Shown: piece by piece, positions 1 through 16,642 of the stretch
Position numbering within the stretch: position 1 is the first letter of the stretch
Layout: the number at the start of each line of letters is the position of its first letter
Source of the DNA: the human T2T-CHM13v2.0 reference genome, Homo sapiens
Length of the DNA stretch: 64,000 nucleotides
Assembly (NCBI RefSeq): GCF_009914755.1
Contig: NC_060944.1
Direction: 5' to 3' (one strand)
Translations under genes and position numbers: made by a program
The notes under the pieces: generated by a model
The model's database searches: none
What the model saw: the letters and a program-made list of their open reading frames with translations, nothing else
Told to the model about the DNA's origin: nothing

Positions 1-162
1 GGGACTAAAGGTGGCCGCCACCACGCCCGGCTAATTTTTTGTATTTTTAGTAGAGACAGGGTTTCACCGTATTAGCCAGGATGGTCTCGATCTCCTGACC
101 TCAGGTGATCCGCCCACCTCCCAAAGTGCTGGAATTACATGTGTGAGCCACCGCGCCCGGCC
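1..162 (-). mobile_element. Alu (partial, cut by the window edge)
   Basis: Reverse-complement Alu left arm ending ccaccgcgcccggcc at 162. Confidence 0.93.
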
Positions 163-301
163 TGTGTACACATAATTTAATTTTCACAACAATGCTATAA
201 GATGGTTCTATTACTGGGTTGGAGTATACTTCTTCAAATGAAATTCTGTGTCAAAACTGACCTGTGAAAGACCTCAGGTGTCTTAGAATTGACCGTGGTT
301 A

Positions 302-603
302 GGCTGGGCGCGGTGACTCATGCCTGTAATACCAGCACTTTGGGAGGGTGAGGCAGGCGGATCACGAGGTCAGGAGTTAGAAACCAGCCTGGCCAATGTG
401 GTGAAACCCTGTCTCTAGAAAAAATACAAAAATTAGCCGGGTGTGGTGGCACATGCCTGTACTCCCAGCTACTCAGGAGGCTGAGGCAGAAGAATCGCTT
501 GAACCCAGGAGGTGGAGGTTGCAGTGAGCCGAGATCGTGCCACTGCACCCCAGCCTAGGCGACAGAGCAAGATTCCATCTCAACGACAAAAAAAAGAAAA
601 AAA
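302..603 (+). mobile_element. Alu (AluS-like), full length with TSD
   Basis: ggctgggcgcggtg head and A tail; flanks agaattgaccgtggtt (285-300) and agaattaaccatggtt (604-619). Confidence 0.95.
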
Positions 604-929
604 AGAATTAACCATGGTTTATCCCTCTGGAGGACAGAAGTATGAGGCAGAAGTCATTGAAAGAATTTTCATGCCTCTCAACAAAAGCAGATTTGGACTT
701 TCGAGAGTTGACTCTGGCTGCAATATAGGAGATGAACAGAAGAAGAGGAGAATGGCATTTGAGAAGCAATCCAGATGAGAGATGGGGTGGCCTGAACCTG
801 GGCAATGCCTGGGAGGAGTGGAGGATTTAGGAAGAAGAATCCCCCTGGTCCAGGACTAAGTGCATTGCCAGGGCAGGAGGAAGGGTGTCCAGGCAACTTA
901 CTCACCTGTCTCAGTTCACTCCTTATCAG

Positions 930-1965
930 TGAAGGTTCCTAACCACAAGCCACAGATACCAACTCTGATCAGCGTAAGCAGAAAAGAAATAAACTAGGAA
1001 GAAATGGGGTGGTACAGAAAATTGCCAGAACTGACTAACCAGGTTAGGGGCAGAAACAGGTGCTTCAGGTGCCCCATGTTACAATTGCTTGGCCCCAGCT
1101 GTGGTGAATAGATCTATTCACATTGATCATGTTCTACTTCAGGGGCCTACTCCATCTCTGCTTTTCTGCCTTGGGACTTTCTTGAAATCCCAGGAGTCTG
1201 CTCAGCCCACGCATAGGTTCAGTTCAGAAGTGCAAGAATATGGCCACTCCTGGAGGCAATCCAATGGGGAAGGACTCTGGCACATAAATGCCTACTATTC
1301 TTTTTGCTTCTCAGAGGTCCCTGGAGTTGAGCCCCATTTCCTTTAGGAGCCACCTTGAGAATGCACCCTTTCTAGGCTTTTCCTCCTTCCCGCTGTCATT
1401 CTCCTTACTTCCTCGTACCTACTTCCTGGGATCACCTCCCAAATAAACCATCTCCACCTGAGGTTCTTGTTTCAAGCTCTGCTTTTGGAAAAACCTGAAG
1501 ACAGAGACTCTGCAACAGGGAACCATACTGAAAATCAAAGTACAGGACAAAGTGGTCCAGGAAGCACACCTCTGATCTAGGGGAGCACTGAACATGGTGA
1601 AGTGCATCACTGACCCCTCCCACCTGGGAGCCTGGATGCTGCCTCAGCACCACGACCACCCCTGCTGCAGGAACACGAATTTCCTGTGACTGCTGCCCTT
1701 GTCATGCAAGCCTTCCTCACCATCCTCATTTCTTGTGTCACTTGTTTTCTCTCCAGAGTGTGGGTAAGTGTACCTGACTGGCTAAGCCCAGCTCACATGA
1801 CCATCCTGTAGCTGCAAGGGAGGCTGGGAAATTGAATACGTCTCCTTGGAGGTTTTGAAATCCCAAGTGATGTCTGCCTCCCATTAAGACTCATAATATG
1901 AGGAATTCTCCAAATATAGCAAACAGAGGCAGGATGGCCCCCAAATAAATAATATCCATCCCACA
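930..1965. mobile_element. Old MaLR LTR (MLT1-like) interrupted by an ERVL LTR16/LTR33-like piece (~1100-1507)
   Basis: MLT1-type 'ccaactctgatcagcgtaagcagaaaag' and 'gctgcaagggaggctgggaaa'; LTR16-type end 'cttcctgggatcacctcccaaataaac...ctctgcttttgg...agacag'. Confidence 0.6.
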
Positions 1966-4024
1966 TATCGCACAGGTTAGGGCTGGACCCACTTGGATAC
2001 TTCATTCCCCTGTCCTGAGAAGCGGTAGCATCTGGTGCTGAACCAGACAGTTGAGGTGTTGCCTTGACCTTGACTTTCCTTTACCAAGTTCAGATTCACT
2101 TTTACAGTATTCAAAAGAGCTTCAGTAAAACCCAGCCCTACTAGGGAGCCTAAGGGCAGAGGCACAAAGAGTTGTGATAATTGCCCTGCCTTCCCCTTTT
2201 TCTTTTTTCAGACAACGCACTCTGCCTTCTGCTGGACTTTGAAGTGTAATTCAAAGGACTGAGCTGATTTACTCCTATCCAGACCAGCTCTCAGCCCAAT
2301 TAACAAATGCTTCATCCTGAGACTGGGAACACAGGTGCTGCTGGGAGAAGTTGGGCTTTTCCACCCAGACGCAGGAGGCACATCCCTCTAAAGGAAATGG
2401 GGAAAGTCAACAGATGGGGAAACACCAAGTGGTCACCTAAACTGAGAAGAGAAGTTGGGGGCCAGGAAAGACTTCCTGGAAAAGCTGATATTTAAGATAA
2501 GTCTGGAAGGAAGAGTAGGAATTAACTCCACCTAATAGGAAAAAGATGATCTAGTCAAATTACCTGCATGTGCAGAGGCCTGGAGTTGTGTGAAGGTAAG
2601 ATATATTCAAGGAATAAAGCCAGGGAGAGAGCTTAGAGACTCAGACAATAAGTGGATCATCAGTTCTTAGGGGATCTGAGACCCCCTTGAAGAATCTGAT
2701 TAATTCTACCCCAAAATTGAGCCCATATACCTGCATATACAGAAACTGGCACACTGCCAAGGGATGCAGGGATCCAAGATTAAGAATCCATTATGTCCCC
2801 AACCCTTCATCTGCAGATGCACAACAGCCCCAGAGAGGGCTAAAGTGGAAGTCACAGCAAAGCATTGTTTCTGCAACAAGATTTGGTTTGGTCTCTCTTT
2901 CAGGCTGGAAACTTACCTCAAGGGACTGATGATCTTTATCTCAAAGGGAGGCGAGTAAAAGCTGATGGAAAGCTTAGTAAGCACGGAGAGGGTTTCACAA
3001 CTGATGTATTTCCTTATAGGCAATTGAGTGTCCAGCCAGATTTTTCACTGAAAAGTTCCAAAGGTCACGATTGCAGGTCCATTCTCTGGGGCAGTTCAAT
3101 TTCTTCATAGAAAGAAGCTCCAGTCCATTGCCTGTTAGGGGATGGGGGACATTGCCCAATGAGCCTAGATGTAATGTTCTAATGCTGGGCTAGGAACAGG
3201 TTGGAGGTGTCATCATTCGGGAGGCAGCTTTTTAGTTAACCCCTATGTTGTTCAGCCCCCTCCCACCTCTCCCCTATATCGCAGCCAGAGTCAATGCTCT
3301 CTTTGTGGCTGCTAAATCTGGAACCTGATTCAAATTTCCCAGAGATCAAATCCCCGGTGGCCTCTGGGGACAGACGTGCATGGCTGCATAAGGTCAAAAT
3401 GCCCCCACAAAGACTTTCAGTCAATCCTCGTGTTTTCAGCATCCTGCTTTCCCTCCACCTCCTCAATGTCTGGTTCTGCCAATTCCTGAGGCTTTCTGGC
3501 ATTCTGGGGTGAATTGGATGTTCCTCAATAGATGCCCCTTCGAAGGCGGCAGGGTTAACCTTCTTCCACTCTGCCAAATTGTTTACCATTCCCCAACACA
3601 GTTTCTGTCTTCCTTTACAGTGTTGCAGGGCCAGAGATGTTCTACGGGCTTCATCAAAGATGGAAAGGGTGTTTCTGTTGCATGTTCTCCTAATTGTCTG
3701 AAGTGGATTTAATGAGAAGAGAAGTGGATAGAAACAAAACTTGGCCCTCCTTGAATATACTTAACACTGTTGATCTTTACACTTTGTAAAGTTGTTCAGA
3801 TGGTAAATTTAAGCTATGTGTGTGTGTTTTTTTAATCATGATTAAATACAAGACAAATAAGCAAAACTCAGCCATCTTACTAGAAGTGTCCCCACTGAGT
3901 TTTCCACAAATTTTGAAAAACAAACACAACAAGACATTTCCTTTAAAATTTATTTACATGTACAACATGAACATCTTAATTCCTCCTAAACAATTTATTG
4001 AGGCTATTACAAGGACTGTCTAGA

Positions 4025-4236
4025 GTGGTGCCACTTAAAGTATGGTTTCTGGACCAGCAGCAGCCACAGCACTTTGAAACTTGTTAGAAAAGCAAATTCT
4101 TGGGCCCTACCCCAAACCTACTAAACCAGAAACTCTGAGAGCAAGGTGCAGCGATCTGTGTTTTAAGAAGCTCTCCATGACAAAAGATGACCAGCTTTGT
4201 GATGGTTGATGCCCAGTTAACGTTTGACAACCACTC
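4025..4236. mobile_element. MER5A (hAT-Charlie MITE)
   Basis: 'cttgttagaaaagcaaattcttgggccctaccccaaacctact...ctgtgttttaagaagctctcca' resembles MER5A. Confidence 0.75.
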
Positions 4237-4344
4237 ATCTAGAACAATATGTGGGAAAAACAAATGAAGGAGGTTGAAGGTCAAAGGAAGGGCCCAACTT
4301 CATAACCTGGAGAAAAGCTAAAGGAAATCATGAAAGGAGAAGAA

Positions 4345-4874
<530 letters not shown>

Positions 4875-5242
4875 CCATCACTTTTTAAAAATTAACATCT
4901 TCACTGAGAATATCACTGACTATGGAAGAACAGAAAAAAAGAATGTCTTCATTGCTTGGCAAAATCCTGTTCTTCCTCCTAAGCAGAACCCAAATGCCAC
5001 CTCCTCTAAGTCTTCCAGGACTGCCCTGCTCAAAGTTAACTGTCTCATAGTACCTTGCACATACCAGTCCTGCAGTACTTCACAGACCTTATTGTACAAG
5101 TTCTCAAACCTTGGGTCCCAGGGCCTCTTAAAAATAATTAACATTCACAGGCAAATATAAACTTTGACTTAAACCTCACACAAGAAAATTAATTCAAAAT
5201 GGATCAAAGGTTAAATATAAAACACAACACTATAAAACTTTA

Positions 5243-5588
<346 letters not shown>

Positions 5589-5993
5589 TAGGATATCTTT
5601 GGAATGTAGAGCTGGGTGAAAAATTCTTAAACTTGATACCAAAACATGATGCATAAAATAAAAATGGATAAGATGGATCCTTCAAAATGAAAACCTTTTG
5701 CTCAAAGACCCTGTGAAGAAGACAAAAATACTGAAAGTATTTGCAAACCGCATATCTGAAAAGGCACTGCTATCTAGGTATATAAGAAACTCTCAAAATT
5801 CAAGAATGAAAACAAACAATCTAATTAGAAAACGGGCAAAAGACATGAACAGACATTGCACTGAAAAGGATCAACAGCTAGTAAATAAGCACGTGAAAAT
5901 ATGTTCAACATCATTAACCATTAAGGAAATGTAAATTAAAACCATAATGAGATATCACTACATAACTATCAGAATGGCTAAAATAATAATAGC

Positions 5994-6322
<329 letters not shown>

Positions 6323-7513
6323 TCATAAATTGCTGGTAGGAATGTAAAATGGTACAGCCATGCAGGAAAAAGACATGGCAGTTTCTTCCAAAATTAAACA
6401 TGTGCTTACCACACATGCAATTGTATTTGGGCATTTATCCCAGAGAAATGAAAACTCATATCCACATATGAATGTTCATACCAACTTTATTCATAATACC
6501 GAGAAATCAAAAATATCAAATATTCTTCCACAGGTGAATGATTAAACAGATGGTGTTACATGGCTACCATGGAATGCTATGCAGCCACGGAAAGGAATGA
6601 ACTATTGATACATGCAACAACATGGATGGTCTGAAGGGAACTATGCTGAGTGAAAAAAAAGACAATCTCAAAAAAAGTTACATATTGTGTTATTCTACTT
6701 ACATGGCATTCTTGGAATGACAAAATGAGAGAGAGAGAGCACACAGGGATTAAGGATGAGGGAAGGAAGAAGGTGGCTGTGGCTACAAAAGGGTAGCATG
6801 AGGGATCCTCGTGATGAAACTGTTCTGTATCTTGACTGTGGTGGTGGTGCCACAAATCTACACGTAATAAAGTTGCATAGAATTAAATACACACACGCAC
6901 ACACACGTGAGTGCATGCCACACATGACATCTGGATAAGGCGGGTGGATTGCATCAGTGCCAGTTTTCTGGCTGTAATATTGCACTAAAGTTATGCAAGA
7001 TTTTACATAATAACAGCAACCACTGGTAAGAATGCAGAGAATTATGAGAATGGAGAGAACAGATCACTCATAAATTGCTGGTAGGCATGTAAAATGGTAC
7101 AGCCACTGTATTTGGGTGAAGGGTATAAAGGATCTCTGTATTATTTCTTACAACTGCACATGAGTCTACAATAATCTTAAAATTAAAAGTTTTTTAAAGT
7201 ATTGAGTACTCCAAAGAGATTTGTATATCGATATGTACTGTACCAGAAATTAACAGACATTTTAAAAGTATTTATTAGTCTATTTTTAAGGCAATAATAA
7301 ATCCATTACATGCTAATATAAACAAAACATTTTTTGTGAAATATGAGTATATTTTTCAAAAAACATAGTGTGAAGAGTGACATTGCCTTATATTTCTGTA
7401 AACCTCTTTAATGTCTGGCTTCATGGACAACTGGATTCTCATGTCTGCTTCTCTATTATGATGTGTTGATAATCACACATCATGTAGCCTCTGCAGGGTT
7501 TTCTGGAGGTACG

Positions 7514-7747
7514 CAGTTGGCCCTTGACCAACACAGATTTGAACTGGGCAGGTCCACTTAGACACGGATTTGTTTCAACCAAACGCAGACTGAAAGTACA
7601 GTATTCTCAGGATGTGAAAACAGCATGTATAGAGGGCTTTGGTTTACAGGAGTTCCACAGGGCTGACTGCGGGACTTGTGTATGTCCTGATTTGGGTATT
7701 TTCAGGGGTTCTGGAACCAATCCCCTGTGTATACAGAGGGATGACTG
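7514..7747. mobile_element. MER8/Tigger2-derived MITE
   Basis: Ends 'cagttggcccttgaccaacacagatttgaactg' and 'ggaaccaatcccctgtgtatacagagggatgactg' followed by TA. Confidence 0.75.
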
Positions 7748-8844
7748 TATGAATCTGGGCTCGATTCTGGGGTAAAACCCTCTGTATACTTGTGAAAGAA
7801 GGAGAGTGAAAAAGGCAAATAATGCCTCGGTGTTATTATGAGAATAGTTTTAACCTCATGGATGCTTTAAAGGGTCTCAGGGTCCCCCAGGTAACCCCGA
7901 TCGCATTTGGTGATGATTTGTCCATGCGTGCTCTGGCCCTTACAAGTGAGTTGGGGCAAGGAGAGCATCTTTTCAACTTTGTATTCCAAGTGCCTTGTAC
8001 AGTGCCTGGCACTCAGAGAGGGAGAGAGAGGGCGAGGGAGTGAGAGAGAGAGCATGCGCCAATCTGGTTGACAGCATATTGCTTTAGACTTCTAGTTCTG
8101 AGTCAGAGTAAAAGTCAGAGCGTTCTGATATAGCTTGGTCTCATGGAACAAACACTGTTCTAAGAAACCAGTTTCATGCTCCTGGGGCATGAAACATGGG
8201 GATGCAGTGATGGAGTGGCCTTTAAAAAGGGTCACAGTTTCTCACAAGTCTTGACCTTGAGGCCATTCAGACCAAGCACGGAGAGAAAGGGGCTTAGCGG
8301 GTTATGCAGACGTATAATAAATGATTTCCTCCTAATTTACTACCTTCCTCGTAACTCCCGACTCCTGTCCGTCCCCAAAGCACCCATTAGGGGCCAGTCT
8401 CAGTCCACTTGGTCCACAGCTGCTCTGGGAAGTGGAAAAGAATTTCAGGCCACAATTTCAGATTATGAATTGATTCTCAGTTCTCATCCAAAGTACTCAT
8501 CAAAGCACAATTTAGCCAGGAGCATAGAAAAACGCAGATGCTGACTTGAAATTGCCCCTGAAAAATGTCTGTTGGTATCTACTGTGTGGCAGACACTGAG
8601 TCAGAACTGTGGGAATATTCCAAGATGACCCAGCTTGGCCCCTGCCTCGAAGAGCTCCCGATCTCATGGTGAAATGATTTGACTACAGCTGGCCAGCAAC
8701 AAGGACTCTAAAGTGGAATGAGCAACCAGTGAAGAGAAATCAACTCTTCTAGGATCGGGGAAAGGAAGTTTGCATTTGATTTTGTTTTTGAAAGGAAGAG
8801 AGGGATGTGGCCAGTAGAGGGAGGACAGTGTACGGGAAGGTATT

Positions 8845-9262
8845 GTATTAGGGAAGATAGTTAATTGCTTTGACATAGATCTAAAGTCACAGTGGTCAAA
8901 TAAAATAGGTTTCTGTCTTTTATAACAGTCCAGGCTTATGTATTCTATGGCTCCCACAGTGACCCCACAGCATGAAGAACCCAGACTCCTTCCTTCCTGA
9001 TGCTCCACCACACCTGAGCCCCAGTCCTCATCTGTTTGCATGGTCCAAAGCCATCATATCTGTGTTCCAGCCAGTGCAAATAGGGAAAGGGGATAGCAGG
9101 CATACTCTTCCCTCCTAAGAGCACATTTCAGCAGTTGCACGTTTTACTCCTGCTCTTGCCCCATTGGCCAGAACACAGTTAAAAGGGAGATTGGGAAATA
9201 CAGTTTTTAAATGACGGCCTCTGTTGCTGTAGAAAAAATTGGGAGACAACTAGAGGTTTCTG
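8845..9262. mobile_element. MaLR LTR (MLT1J-like)
   Basis: 'cccagactccttccttcctgatgctcc', 'ccattggccagaac', 'aagggagattgggaaatacagttttt'. Confidence 0.6.
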
Positions 9263-9318
9263 CTCCAAGCACAGGGATGAGGAAGTGGAGGGGGGTTTTA
9301 GAAGGAGCCAGTAGCTAA

Positions 9319-9908
<590 letters not shown>

Positions 9909-10379
9909 TGTGGAGCCACAGAAAGTTCTGAAGAGAGAAATGGCATCTGTATTTCAGGAAGTTGTCTGTTATAGTAGAGAACAAGCCGTACTGAAGCTTC
10001 TCAGAGCACCAGAGCTTCACACCTTCTTGATCCTTCATGTTCCTGAGAAATTGCACTCAAGAAAAACAGGGATGATAAAGAGCCTGCAAAGCAAGTTCAT
10101 AGAATTTCCAACTGCCCAGGGCTCAAGGATTACTCCCCACTTCCTGGCAGGGCTAATGGCATCAGCCTCAACTATCATTTCTTTGCTTTGTGTGCAGAAG
10201 CCTGGATATGGGTGGTGTGGGGCAACTCCCTTTCCTCCCTGCACCCGGGTTTCTCCATCAATAATAATAATGAGAATCATTTACCTGTCTTAGGTGCCAA
10301 AAATGATCAGATGACACAGATCAAAAAGTTAGACAATGTCCCAAGACTGTGGAGACTCCAGCACTTGCCTACACTGTGG

Positions 10380-10850
10380 AGAGTGAATTGGCATGGCCTC
10401 TAGAAAGCAATTTGATAATCAAACCAGAATTAAGATGCTCATAACCTTTGACCTAATAGTTCTATTTCTAGGAATGGAGCCTATAGATACACTCATGTTT
10501 ATTTGCAAAAGACAAAGTTGTTCAGTGCCCATAATTTTTACTGGAAAGAGATAGGAAACAACCTAAATGGCATCCATAGAGGGCTGGTTAAACAAACCCT
10601 GGTGCATCCAAAAATGGAACAATAGACCAGGCTTTAAAAATATTAAGTTAGAGCTACATGAGCCCATTTAGAATATATACATCTTAGAGCACATCTCTGG
10701 AAGGATTTAGAGAGATAGTTTGCCTTCGAGGATAGGAATTGGAATGGAGGTCCGGGATGAGAAGGAAACTTCCTTCTCACTCTAACCTTCTGTTTACTTG
10801 TTTGATTTTTTCTACTCCAAGTATGCAGTACTTGCTTAAATACATAAACA
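10380..10850 (+). mobile_element. Old L1ME-type 3' fragment
   Basis: 'ataacctttgacctaatagttctatttctaggaat', 'ggaaacaacctaaatggcatcc' L1 3' motifs. Confidence 0.65.
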
Positions 10851-11737
10851 CACAGGTAGTGCCAGGTGCCTTCCATGCTTTATCTCACTAAATCTTCAGA
10901 ATAACCTAGAAGGGAAGCACTCTTATTATTCCCAAGGCACAAGGAGGTTAAATCATTTTGGGGAGGGGCTGCAGGAGAGAGGGGAGAGAAGGAGACTTGA
11001 TTTGTAGGGCTGCCCATTTCCATAGTGTGAATACTCTCACTGTGACTGATTTCAAGCTCCCAGCATGATGTCACTGAACAGAGTTGGAAAGAGAAGCTCA
11101 CAGTCAGCTCTCAGAAGCACAGAAGAGCCAACTCCAGCACACACACCACTGTAGGGAACCTTGCACCTGTAAAGAAGGCACCATTGTCTCTTTCCACTTC
11201 ATTCCTGAAAGAGTTGGTTTCCAAGAACAAAAGAAACGCAAGCAAATACATCACTTCAGGACCTAAAAGCAACTTTCCCGATCCTTATAAGTACTGGGGA
11301 CTTCAGCTATAGTGTAAACAACACGCATTGTGTTGCAATGGATTTGAAACAGAAACCCAGAAATTAAAATTAAGCATCTGGGTTTTATATTTGCAAATTG
11401 CTTTGTCATTTTCTTTATGAAATACTGCACACAGCTATACCACCATAAGGCAATAAAAGAATAATAAATGAATCAGCGCTAGCATTCTGTCAGCACAGCT
11501 TCACACACTTATGGAGGGCCAGCAATCTAAATTAGGAAGGTGGTTTAGAAACTTTGTCAGTGCTTTAATGGAAGAGGTGAGTCAAGAGAATCAGACAGGC
11601 TTAGATTTGCATCCCAGTTCTACCACTTGCTGGGTACCTCGGACAAAGCACCTCACCTTCTGAGTCTCACCTTATTCATGTGTTAAGTGGGGATAATGCC
11701 CACCATACAGACTTCTACAGGCTGGTTGGAATGTTTA

Positions 11738-12050
<313 letters not shown>

Positions 12051-13021
12051 ATGAAATGAAGTTAACATACAGTATACACCTGGACATAACTCAAGGTGTT
12101 TTTTCCCCAAAAAAACTCTTAGAAGAGAGAGTTGCCTTATATTTAAGTTCTTATAAAAGCTCACAGAATCTTTCATATTCCCTAGACTCTCTCAATTACT
12201 TTCTTTTAAACAACAAGGTATTGTTGGAGGTAGGCCAATCTATAGAAGTCATCTGAAGGAAGTAGTTAAAAAAAAAGCAAGCAATTTTCGACATGGATGT
12301 AAGTCATTACACTGGGGACTGACCTCACACACTTTATAAAGATGTAAGCCTTAAGAAAGAGCACTTTTAAAAGCAATACATAAAATGTTTGGATGTTGTG
12401 ATCACAAATATAAACCAATGGGAGAAATGGAAAAACAATCTGTCCTAAGATTTAGTGCACTGGGAATTCTAAGATAAAATATTTCAGAGAAAGCATCATA
12501 TAGAGGCTCAAAAAGTACTGGATCACAATTTGGATAGGAGTGAAAATTATGTGACCTAGAAAGAAGGCTGAGCGACATAGAAATCATCCCCAGTGACTGA
12601 GATCAAAGGTGCTCAGAAAGAGATGAAAAGAATTGTTTTGTGAAATGGAAGAATGGGAGAAAATCCAATATTTCTCAATGTTGAAAGTGTGTATGTACCT
12701 AAAATAATAAATTAAATATTACACAGATATTTGATTATTTATACCACCTTAAGAATTTATATATTCAAGTTGAGACCCCAAATATTTTCTCTTCTGCAAT
12801 CTTCTTAGTGTGACAAGTGAGAGGGACACCTTACATTTTGGGCCACCCTATGTTGAGACATGTCTAATAGGTGAAAGCACTTTAAATCCCACAAAGCTTT
12901 GTATGATTTGTGACAAGTACTGTTATGGTGGTTAATACTATTTTTATTATGACTTTTCTACCACAGGGTGGACTCTTTGGCTATGCTCCTCTAAGCACTT
13001 CTCCAGGTGGGACTCCCCTGA

Positions 13022-13366
<345 letters not shown>

Positions 13367-14671
13367 TGATCTTAAGCAAGCTGCATAACTTGTCTGTGTC
13401 TCTGTTTCCTCATCTGTCAAGTAGAGATAATAACAGGATTGAGAATTCAATAAATTATTATATTGAGAAGTGTTTATAACAGTGTCTGGTAAATGCTTCT
13501 TAAATGTTAGTTATTATTTTCAGCAAGGGAGAACTTAACTGTTTGTAAACACATCAGTTTTCTTCACCATATGATGAGATTTTACCACCAGGGACCCTGT
13601 CTTATTCATCCCAGGATCCCCAACTCAAACACGGGGGCTAACATATAGTAAATGTTTGCTGAACCTACAATAATTTCTATAAAGAAAGAAAGGTAGTATA
13701 TAAAGTCCAGAGCCCAACACAGACCCTGGTTCCCATTAGTTGAAAGAGGCACACCGTGAGTGTTGATAACTGGCTCAGCCTCATTTCTCACTGACCAACC
13801 AAACTCTAAAACAGCATCACAGTGCGATAGAGCTGGAAAAGACTCAAGACTGGATGTTTCTTCGTGTCTTCTCTAAACAATGAGTTCCTCTACAATAGGA
13901 ACTGAGTTCAATTCATCTCAGTCCCCAGTCTGGCAAACAGTAGGGGCTTAATAAGTACTCATTGACCAAATGAGTGATGAAGTACATTCTACACTATTGT
14001 ACGTTACTTGTTTTTTAAACTGAATTTTATTTTTTTAAATACCTACAAAAAAGAACTCAAATTAATACCCAAATATGCACATAAAAACTTCAAATCATAC
14101 AAAATTATCCTGAAAGTGAAAGAATCACCTAGGGAGAATTCTTGGCATCTAGAGTATTATTTATACAAATGTTTCCATTATGTATACAGAAATTAACATG
14201 TAAGTACAAACGCTGTATCATGTGCTAGTTCAAGATCAAGAGCTTTGGAATCAGATACACCAGGGTTGGAATCCAAGTTCCATCGCTTTTTAGTGGTATA
14301 GCCTTGAAAAAGTAATAACCTCTTTGTGCCTCAGTTTCTATGGAAAATAGAGCTAAAAATAAAACCTACCCTAAGGCTTATTGGATTAATTAATTAATTA
14401 TTACATATGAGCACTTAGAACCATCAGAATACACAGAAGTAACTCAATGAAGGTTAGCAATTATGTATACATGTTTAAACAAAATGTGGTCATATTATAG
14501 ATGCTTGTTTGCATTTGCTTTTTTATGTAACAAAATATTGTGTACATGTATTGTATGGTAGTACATACAGAGCTAACTCCTTCTTTTGATGGGCATGTAT
14601 TTAAATATATGATGACCCTGTGTAACCAAGCCTCTACTTTTGGTATTGTTTCTAATATTTTATTATTATTT

Positions 14672-14692
14672 TATATATATATATATATATAT
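14672..14692. repeat. (TA)n microsatellite
   Basis: Uninterrupted run of about 10 TA units. Confidence 0.9.
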
Positions 14693-16037
14693 CTCACCAC
14701 AATAAAATCCTTGTTGCACATATATTTTTCCACACCATGTGAGTACTTCTATAGGATAAATTCCTAGAAACGGAATAGCTGATCAAAGTGTATTAATTTT
14801 TAATTATATTAATAAACAATGAGTTATCAATTTGCCTTTCTAAAAGACTGTATCACTTTACATTTTGATTAGTGAGAGTACTTTGTTGCCTTATGGTTGT
14901 GTACATTTTAACCAGACGCCCCAATAATTTATTTTGAATGTCCCAGTAGTTACAGAATTAAGGACTTTGCCCTGCTCATTTGGCATTATAGCCCTTTATC
15001 TTTCCAAAAATCATAAACAACTCCTAAGAACTTAGCAACCAATTTCCTGCAGCAAATATTCAGATACATAGCCTGACAAAAATTTGTATGCCATTCCCAA
15101 ATGGGAGAGGAAGAAATGTCAGACATTTCTTAGCCTTTTCAGTGGCCAGTAGGAAGAACACTTGAAATTAGACCCATCTATTAAGTTTTGGAGACAGGGT
15201 GGCTGTTATCTGCACCCATCTTTGTTTTCTGTAACTGAGACCCTCATTTAATAGACAAGAAGCCTCTCTGTTGAGTATTACTGGGTGCAGTGTCTCTAAT
15301 CCAGTGTTCCCCAAGTGTGATAAGGGTACTATTGTTAGCCCTCCAGATGTGTTTAGGTAATACAAGGAGGACAGGTGAACCCCTTGGCCAGAAGCTGAAC
15401 AGCGCCACCAAGCTGACAGGCTGCTTCAGTGGTGGCTAAAGCTCATGCCCACTTTTAGTTTTAATTTCAATTTTAATCCAAATGATAAATAGACATAATG
15501 TTTGAGTTAGATACCATTACAAGTTAAATACTACCACAAAGCTTATAACAAAAATCCTGTTTCACCTCTGATCCCATCCCAGAAGCAGTAACTTTAATTC
15601 TGTAGTTATTTTTCCACACTTGATTATGGGATCGCTCCTTGATTTAAAATTTTTTTTATTAACTCACGGCTATGGAAGATAAGGATTTAGTTATCTCTCC
15701 TCTTCTTCCCCCTCCACCATACACACAGACACACTTTCCGTCTCCAAGTCTCCCAATATAATTATATCATAATTTTTGGTTAAGTCAAAGTGCTGTTTTA
15801 CATGACAATGACAATGTAATATTATTTCCAGCTGAGTGTTGTAGTTTATGATGATTACAATGTTTTTCTTATCAATTGTTTTTGTTTTCTTGCCTTTAAT
15901 AATCGCTTCATGTTTTATTTGCTTAGTTTCCTAGGTAATTCATTCAGCTCCTATTCATCCTCGAATTCTTACCAGAACTCAAATCCTCTCCAGTTCCCTC
16001 TGCTTTGTGCTCAGTCTAGGAACATGACAGTGTGATG

Positions 16038-16235
16038 TAGTGGTTCTCAAAGCATGGTTCCGGGATAACAGCGTCAACATCAGCATCATCTGCGACCGTG
16101 TCAGAAATGCAAATTATCAAGCTCTACCCGAGACTTACTGAATTAGTCGCACTGTGGGTGGCTCCAGCTATCTGGGTTTTAATCAGCTCTCCAGGTGATG
16201 CCAGTGGATTGGGCACTCAAGCTTGAGAGCCATAG
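16038..16235. mobile_element. MER5A
   Basis: 'tagtggttctcaaagcatggttcc...gcatcatctg...agaaatgcaaatt...ctccaggtgatgc...gcttgagagcc'. Confidence 0.75.
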
Positions 16236-16346
16236 GTCTAATGGTTGAAAACATGGATACCCAAACCTAAGGCTGCTGGGGTCCAAATACCAGGTATTCC
16301 AGTCATTGGTGATGTAGCAACTTCCAACCCTCAGTCTTCCTAGTTG

Positions 16347-16642
16347 TCTTTGTTTTTCTTTTGAGACAGAGTCTCACTCGTCGCCCAGGCTGGCGTGCAG
16401 GGCATGATCTTGGCTCACTGCAACATCTGCCTCCCAGGTTCCAGCAATTCTCCCACCCCAGCCTCCCAAGTAGCTGGGAGTACAGGCATGCGTCACCACG
16501 TCTGACTAATTTGTGTGTTTTCAGTAGAGACAGGGTCTCACCATGCTGGCCAGGCTGGTCTCAAACTCCTGGCTTCAGGTGACCCACCCACCTCTTCCTC
16601 CCAAAGTGCTGGAATTACAGGCGTGAGCCACCACATGTGGCC
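16347..16642 (-). mobile_element. Alu
   Basis: Reverse Alu from tttgagacagagtctc to ccacatgtggcc. Confidence 0.93.

Noticed and set aside
1-603. Closely spaced inverted Alu pairs upstream (1-162 with 302-603; also 17705-18010 with 18386-18690)
   Set aside because: Common in Alu-rich DNA and outside any transcript I can support.
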